DNA of 45,013 bases, filler included, from an uncultured virus (IMG/VR IMGVR_UViG_2049941000_000291) (Duplodnaviria; Heunggongvirae; Uroviricota; Caudoviricetes). It is 11 parts of one record of this genome, joined end to end, with 100 filler letters (N's around TTAATTAATTAA, not from the genome) between each part and the next. Parts side by side here need not be neighbours in the genome. Positions count along the whole stretch, not along the records: positions 36,050 to 43,101 come from IMGVR_UViG_2049941000_000291; positions 43,202 to 44,702 come from IMGVR_UViG_2049941000_000291; positions 44,803 to 45,013 come from IMGVR_UViG_2049941000_000291; 8 more parts are not named here. One strand, given 5' to 3'. A model generated the notes under the pieces. The model saw only the letters and a list, made by a program, of their open reading frames with translations. It did not search any database and was not told where the DNA came from. This document shows, one piece after another, positions 40,507-45,013 of this stretch. Position 1 is the first letter of the stretch. The number at the start of each line of letters is the position of its first letter. Made by a program: the position numbers and the translations under genes.

Positions 40507-41020
40507 GATGAGCAGATTACTGACTACTTCTACAGCCTTTGCAACGCTGAGACAATACACCGCTACAAGAGCAACCTGCGCTGGGGCGAAGATGACTGGC
40601 GTTATATCAAGAACGGCTTTGACGGAACGCATTCCAGAAGCTACATGGACGAACACCGAAAGAAGCTGAAAAACATCATGCTTGACTACCGCATTGTCGT
40701 GCAGGCGTGGAGCAACTTTAAAAGCTCGGATTTTTCAAGTCGGGAAGAAATGAGCGACGACTGCTATGACTTTCTTGGAGATACCTACACAATAGCAGAA
40801 AATCTCGGTTTCCCAGTAACAAGAATTCTTCCGGAAGATAAACACGATATTTGCATTGAATCATGGCGCAATTTTGATGTGACCCTTGCGGACGGTTCTT
40901 TGTTCGCGAACATCAAGCTGTATAAGAACGGCAACCGGCACGTGAAATTCTGCGAGGAATTCATGCAGAAGCTGAACGTTGAGATGGCTCGCATAAACGG
41001 CTGGATTCAGGATAAGGGAG
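40507..41020 (+). CDS. DUF4942-like domain fragment
   Basis: IAENLGF...IKLYKNGNRHVKF...LNVEMARINGW pattern recalled for DUF4942. Confidence 0.55.
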
Positions 41021-41030
41021 NNNNNNNNNN

Positions 41031-41300
41031 CTGGAACTCATATCGGACGATGAAATCGAATCCAGTGAGTTCAACGAAAACACGGCAGAAGTCTCCAAGG
41101 CACTCGCCAAGCTCAACGTCGCAGCGTTCAAGAAGGGCGTCGATCTCACCATCTGCTCCGTCTATAACGATTGCGAGGCCGACATCAAGTTCGCACTCAA
41201 TTCCTCGGCGATCCAAATCACGCTGTCAGACGCTGGTAAGAAAATGCTCGACAAGCTCGGCGTCTCTGGAACTGTCCGCTTGGCAGATCTCGATTCCTAA
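41031..41300 (+). CDS. Hypothetical protein, 3' part (frame not in ORF track)
   Basis: LELISDDE...LDKLGVSGTVRLADLDS*; TAA overlaps the element's ACTGG. Confidence 0.7.
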   Translation: MELISDDEIESSEFNENTAEVSKALAKLNVAAFKKGVDLTICSVYNDCEADIKFALNSSAIQITLSDAGKKMLDKLGVSGTVRLADLDS

Positions 41301-41347
41301 CTGGTTCCAGACTGGCGGGGCCATCCTCGCCAGTCATTTATTTTGTG
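41300..41347 (+). promoter_or_regulatory. Element copy, strong hairpin
   Basis: GACTGGCGGGG-CCAT-CCTCGCCAGTC, CATTTA. Confidence 0.85.
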
Positions 41348-41512
41348 CATCAACTATTCAACCAAAGGAGCTTTATATGAATCTTTCCAAAATCGTCTCA
41401 GCAGAACATGACCTCAGAATCCGCGCTTGGTACTCCGAAAACGGCATCGCACTCGGTTCCTATACCAAGCAGAACTNNNNNNNNNNATCACACAAACCAA
41501 GGAGATTCTATC

Positions 41513-42070
41513 ATGACTAAAAAGAAAATTGATCCTCGTACCGCCAGCAAGAAAGCCGAACAGGACATCATGGCCGTGCGCCTCGAAAAGGTGAACAAGC
41601 TGGCAGCGGCCAAGGAAACACACGACAAGGCCGTTAAGAAAGCCCAGGAGGACGAACTGCGCGATTACCGCAAACAGCTTGACGAGTTCATGAAACGTGC
41701 CCCGGATCTGGTACAGATGGCCGCCCAGGTGTCCAAGCTTACGACTCTTCCGACTGTCAAGATGGGCAAGTTCTGGCTGGGTAAAGAAGAGTACACCTTC
41801 GGTGCAACCACATACCATACCAAAAACCACACGCAACTAACGTGCATCGGCGCGATCCGTCCGCGTGAAGGGTTCGGCAGTGCCAACTGCATTGTAATCG
41901 GGCCGGATGGACTGTGGGTCATCAACAGGGAAACTGATGAACACGGTACCTATTTCGAGATCCCTGAAAACAATATCTCCGAGAACCGGATGCGCCCGAA
42001 CGCCAAGGACTTCATGCTGGCCGCCCTGGAATGGGAAAAGCAACTGTATGCCCTGGTGGACAGTCTGTAA
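41513..42070 (+). CDS. Hypothetical protein with N-terminal coiled-coil-like segment
   Basis: SD plus ATG at 41513. Confidence 0.85.
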   Translation: MTKKKIDPRTASKKAEQDIMAVRLEKVNKLAAAKETHDKAVKKAQEDELRDYRKQLDEFMKRAPDLVQMAAQVSKLTTLPTVKMGKFWLGKEEYTFGATTYHTKNHTQLTCIGAIRPREGFGSANCIVIGPDGLWVINRETDEHGTYFEIPENNISENRMRPNAKDFMLAALEWEKQLYALVDSL

Positions 42071-42079
42071 GACGTAAGG

Positions 42080-42127
42080 ACTGGCGGCAGCCTCACGGGG
42101 CTGCTGCCTTCTTTTATTTTTATCACA
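42080..42127 (+). promoter_or_regulatory. Element copy with shifted-register hairpin
   Basis: ACTGG-N11-CGGGGCTG, TATTTT at the conserved offset; hairpin GGCGGCAGCCT-CAC-GGGGCTGCTGCC region. Confidence 0.7.
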
Positions 42128-42147
42128 CAAACCAAGGAGAATCAATC

Positions 42148-42561
42148 ATGGCTAAAAAGAAAACTTATTTCCAGGCAATCTGCTACACTACCGATCACTG
42201 TGACGGCGATCTGATCGCTCCGGCGTGCTGGGAACCTACCGTATCGCTCAACGAGGCGGCCATCCAGATCATGCAAGAGATCGAGGAATCATTTGCTGAC
42301 AAGATCCGTACCGCAAAGCAGCCGGGTCCGGACTATCTCGTGATCGAATGCAAGCACAACTCCGTCAACAGCTGCGAATGGGACTACAAGACCATCAAGA
42401 ACTGGAAACGCAACAAGAAGTACATCCAGCAGCTCCAGAACTGGCTGGCTGCTGGCGAAATCGACACAATCATGGTCACTGTACCGGCATACGTGAACTA
42501 TGCCATGGTTCAGATCGACGAACGTGCCGACGTATTCTACATCAACTCGTTCACACTCTAG
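42148..42561 (+). CDS. Hypothetical protein
   Basis: SD plus ATG at 42148. Confidence 0.85.
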   Translation: MAKKKTYFQAICYTTDHCDGDLIAPACWEPTVSLNEAAIQIMQEIEESFADKIRTAKQPGPDYLVIECKHNSVNSCEWDYKTIKNWKRNKKYIQQLQNWLAAGEIDTIMVTVPAYVNYAMVQIDERADVFYINSFTL

Positions 42562-42587
42562 GAGTAAAATCATTCCAGAATAACGAC

Positions 42588-42611
42588 AGACGGCGGTTTC
42601 GCCGTCTTTCT
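42588..42611 (+). terminator. Intrinsic terminator
   Basis: AGACGGCG-GTTT-CGCCGTCT-TTCT. Confidence 0.65.
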
Positions 42612-42631
42612 GCTGGCGTCCCTACGAGGCG

Positions 42632-42679
42632 ACTGACAGAAATCTGGCGGGACTGCCCCTTTCTGATATAATTTCTACA
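42632..42679 (+). promoter_or_regulatory. Element copy with perfect TATAAT -10, no hairpin
   Basis: ACTGA 42632, GCGGGACTGCC, TATAAT 42667-42672 at the conserved offset. Confidence 0.8.
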
Positions 42680-42703
42680 CAAGCCAACCAAAAGGAGTTT
42701 ACT

Positions 42704-43101
42704 ATGGCACTGTTTCATGAAGACACCAAAACCGTCACACCTAGCGGCCTCGATACCGTGCAGCCGTTCGACCGCGAGAAGCACACCTACGGCTTCAGCC
42801 TCGCTGGCAACATCAAGGTAGGCCGTATCGCCACCTGGTCGACGCTGCTCGGCGACTACACCTACAAGGGTCTCAGCGGACTCCTGGAAGACATCAAGGG
42901 CACGTGCAAGAACTGCGCTGCGTGCAAGAAGAGCTGCTACGTCAGAGCTTCCTACCGCTTCCCTGGCGTCGTCCAGTCCCAGGCGATCAACACGTGGGGT
43001 CTCCGTCACGAACTCAAGAAGGTCGAGGCCGACCTTGCGAAGCAGATCGAACGTCGCCACATCAAGATCGCTCGTATCAACCAGTCTGGCGAACTCGAAA
43101 A
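42704..43101 (+). CDS. Second GP88-like protein, 5' part
   Basis: GNIKVGRIATWSTLLGDYT...IKGTCKNCAACKKSCYVR...RINQSGE, paralogous to 28428. Confidence 0.75.
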
Positions 43102-43567
43102 NNNNNNNNNNNNNNNNNNNNNNNNNNNNNNNNNNNNNNNNNNNNTTAATTAATTAANNNNNNNNNNNNNNNNNNNNNNNNNNNNNNNNNNNNNNNNNNN
43201 NGCGGCCTACTCGGTTGATTCCAGGGTCGTCTCCGTCCAATAAACTGCTAACAACAAGGAGCTTTATATGAACTTCGCCGACCCCATCGCTTGGTACGCA
43301 CATGACCAAGCCCGTAGACAACAAAACCGTATCGATAATCAGAAGATCCTCTTCCGTCGNNNNNNNNNNTGGCTTTCCGGAGATGTTGGTTCGAATCCAG
43401 CTCGGCCCACTAAAAAAGATCTGCATACACGGAAGCGAAGTGGCGATAGATCTCCAACACCGTGTAGCAAGTGACTGGGAGACGGATCGCCCAGACGAGT
43501 CAGTCACAGCAGATCTTACAATTTTTTAATGCTCCCTGGTTAACAGCGCCAGTTGGCCGACGTGCTG

Positions 43568-43615
43568 ACTGGCGCTTCTCTCACGGGGCTGCCTCTCTGA
43601 TCGATTCTATATACA
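43568..43615 (+). promoter_or_regulatory. Degenerate element copy
   Basis: ACTGG-N11-CGGGGCTGCC; SD and ATG at 43634 follow. Confidence 0.6.
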
Positions 43616-43633
43616 CCACCAAGGAGATCTAAT

Positions 43634-43783
43634 ATGGCTAAGAAATTCAATGTATTCCTCGACGTAACCATCAAGGTCAACACGTCCTACGAAGTCAACG
43701 CCAAGGACGCTGAGTCCGCAAAAGAAATTGCACAGGCGGCGGCGATTGCGCGACTCCGCGCAGAACATGCCGATCTGTCGCCG
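43634..43783 (+). CDS. Small hypothetical protein, truncated
   Basis: SD; YEVNAKDAESAKEIA. Confidence 0.7.
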
Positions 43784-43821
43784 NNNNNNNNNNACTGTTC
43801 GATAACGCAGTCGCTGAAGAC

Positions 43822-44031
43822 ATGATCGAGTTCGACCATGGCTCAGTGGTAGTCAAGGCCGAACCTGGCCGAGTGGTAGCACACTTCAACCATCATCCGG
43901 ATCTGTTCCAGACTATTCCGTTCAATGCTGCTTATCTCACCAGTAACAAGAAGGCTCTCGAACGTACCCTGACACAAGCTTGGCAGTACGTCAACAGCCC
44001 TACTCGCATTACCGACATTCCCCACTTCTAA
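43822..44031 (+). CDS. Hypothetical protein
   Basis: 69-aa ORF; start may be in gap. Confidence 0.55.
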   Translation: MIEFDHGSVVVKAEPGRVVAHFNHHPDLFQTIPFNAAYLTSNKKALERTLTQAWQYVNSPTRITDIPHF

Positions 44032-44085
44032 GATTTTTTAATGCTCCGTGGTTGGAAAGCTCCAGATCCTCCGGGNNNNNNNNNN

Positions 44086-44442
44086 AAAATCAAGTCTACC
44101 CTGTGCGAACCAGACCGTGGAGTCTTCGACGACTACCCAGAAGGAACCAAGACCCGTACATTCTTTATCCGTAACGAAGAGGCCAACACCGAAATAACCG
44201 CCATGGTAATCTTCTTGCCGGACGGAAACCGTCTCTTCCGATACATCACCAGTAGGCTCGGCGAACGACTGATGGCGTACACTGCCGCCGAAGTCTGCAC
44301 TATCCACGCCTTCAACTGCTGGCTCTCTGAACACAGGGACAAGCTCTACCCGACTGGCGACCATCCGGCGGGACTGCCTCTCGACCAGATTGAAGGATAC
44401 GTCGATCAACCTACAACAAACAAACAAGGAGAAAACTCATGA
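44086..44442 (+). CDS. Hypothetical protein, 3' part
   Basis: Open frame overlapping the next ATG (ATGA). Confidence 0.6.
   Translation, partial: KIKSTLCEPDRGVFDDYPEGTKTRTFFIRNEEANTEITAMVIFLPDGNRLFRYITSRLGERLMAYTAAEVCTIHAFNCWLSEHRDKLYPTGDHPAGLPLDQIEGYVDQPTTNKQGENS
44353..44400 (+). promoter_or_regulatory. Degenerate element copy inside a CDS
   Basis: ACTGG-N10-GCGGGACTGCCTC; no TAT box. Confidence 0.5.
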
Positions 44443-44702
44443 AAGCCATTATGCTTATCATATCGTTTATAACTATGTGGTTAACCGCGTGTGATGACAG
44501 TGTGGCCAGCAGTTATGACCCATCAGTGGATTCGACCTATAGTTCGAGTAGTGTACCAGAACATGGACGCTTTCTCACGATGTCATCGTCCTCTATGTCA
44601 TTATATTTTGGAATGTCTTCGCAACGTGTATCAAGACCAGGTTCCATGGTACTTGTGGGGAAGGTGTGCGATTCCTTGATAACCAAGGAAGATTTCCTTC
44701 AT
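44439..44702 (+). CDS. Lipoprotein, 5' part
   Basis: MKAIMLIISFITMWLTAC lipobox, then DDS and Ser-rich linker. Confidence 0.75.
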
Positions 44703-45013
44703 NNNNNNNNNNNNNNNNNNNNNNNNNNNNNNNNNNNNNNNNNNNNTTAATTAATTAANNNNNNNNNNNNNNNNNNNNNNNNNNNNNNNNNNNNNNNNNN
44801 NNACGCGAAGCGTTGTCTCCATTTAAAATCTCCACAAGGAGGAAGCTAACTTTATTAACCTGGGCTAACTTAGTCGCGCCTTACTTATTACCTTATCCGA
44901 ACCCGTCCGCGCAGTCCGCACACAGCCGCCGAAGGGCGAAACGAGGCCCACACGCGAGACCCCCAAGCCGACCGATGTTTCCCTACTTGGCCTTGGCCAA
45001 GAAATGCAACATT

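Larger units (their letters stand above)
162..44400 (+). repeat. Dispersed family of ~44 fixed-spacing intergenic elements (putative element-specific promoter, often fused with a terminator)
   Basis: Consensus ACTGG-N10-GCGRGG-CYGA-CC-N8-TATYYT-N5-YR followed by an AAC-rich leader and AAGGAG. Offsets from the A of ACTGG were counted by hand: core C at +16, TAT at +35, purine at +47. They hold in nearly all copies. Confidence 0.93.

Noticed and set aside
40029..40511. C5 methyltransferase as a truncated pseudogene
   Set aside because: The break coincides with a 10-N join and the expected next segment is present at 36051-36203, so an assembly split is more likely.
162..44400. Repeated element as a CRISPR array
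   Set aside because: Copies are degenerate and separated by whole genes of variable length, not ~30-40 nt spacers; no cas genes visible.
162..44400. Repeated element as integron attC sites (TAAC at the 5' end and GTT after the SD in some copies)
   Set aside because: There is no end-to-end imperfect inverted repeat joining R'' and R' boxes, the hairpin is absent in many copies, TAAC and GTT are explained by stop codons and the SD context, and no integrase is visible. An integrase could still be hidden in a gap.
221..44427. Long minus-strand ORFs in the track (e.g. 4403-5113, 28461-29054, 34839-35561, 38457-39287)
   Set aside because: Antisense shadows of + strand genes; SDs, elements and terminators all point to the + strand.
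2543..44758. Recurrent TTAATTAATTAA flanked by N runs (e.g. 2543, 5653, 6521, 25412, 31138, 33642, 34647, 35994, 43145, 44747)
   Set aside because: Artificial contig linker with stops in all six frames; always embedded in Ns.
44803..45013. Terminal GC-rich non-coding segment with CGAAAC as a possible hammerhead ribozyme
   Set aside because: No CTGANGA core at a compatible position; it looks more like the upstream region of a minus-strand gene starting near 44822 on a separate contig.
1..45013. tRNA or rRNA genes
   Set aside because: No cloverleaf with T-arm and D-arm signatures and no rRNA-like sequence seen in the ungapped parts.

Overview
A heavily gapped scaffold with long N runs, 10-N joins and TTAATTAATTAA contig linkers. 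It looks like the early/accessory region of a large phage or another mobile element. A Fibrobacter-like host is a weak inference from one lipoprotein. Nearly all real genes are short, lie on the + strand and have strong AAGGAG Shine-Dalgarno sites. Recognisable products are RadC/JAB, SpoVG, a C5 cytosine methyltransferase (split across contigs), two GP88-like Cys-rich paralogs, DUF3846-, DUF6927- and DUF4942-like proteins, an AT-hook protein with a paralog, and a lipoprotein. All family names come from remembered motifs, not from searches. The main signal is a dispersed intergenic element in about 44 copies with rigid phasing: ACTGG-N10-GCG(G/A)GG-CYGA-CC-N8-TATYYT-N5-YR, then an A/C-rich leader and SD. 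Its geometry matches a promoter: a -10 box at -12..-7 (one copy is exactly TATAAT), a purine +1, and no TTGACA -35. When a copy directly follows a stop codon, its spacer folds into a covarying GC-rich hairpin and the -10 box supplies a U-rich tract, so it looks like a fused terminator-promoter. When a separate terminator lies upstream, the hairpin is usually decayed. Near-identical neighbouring copies bracket single genes such as spoVG, suggesting the element also delimits shuffleable gene cassettes.
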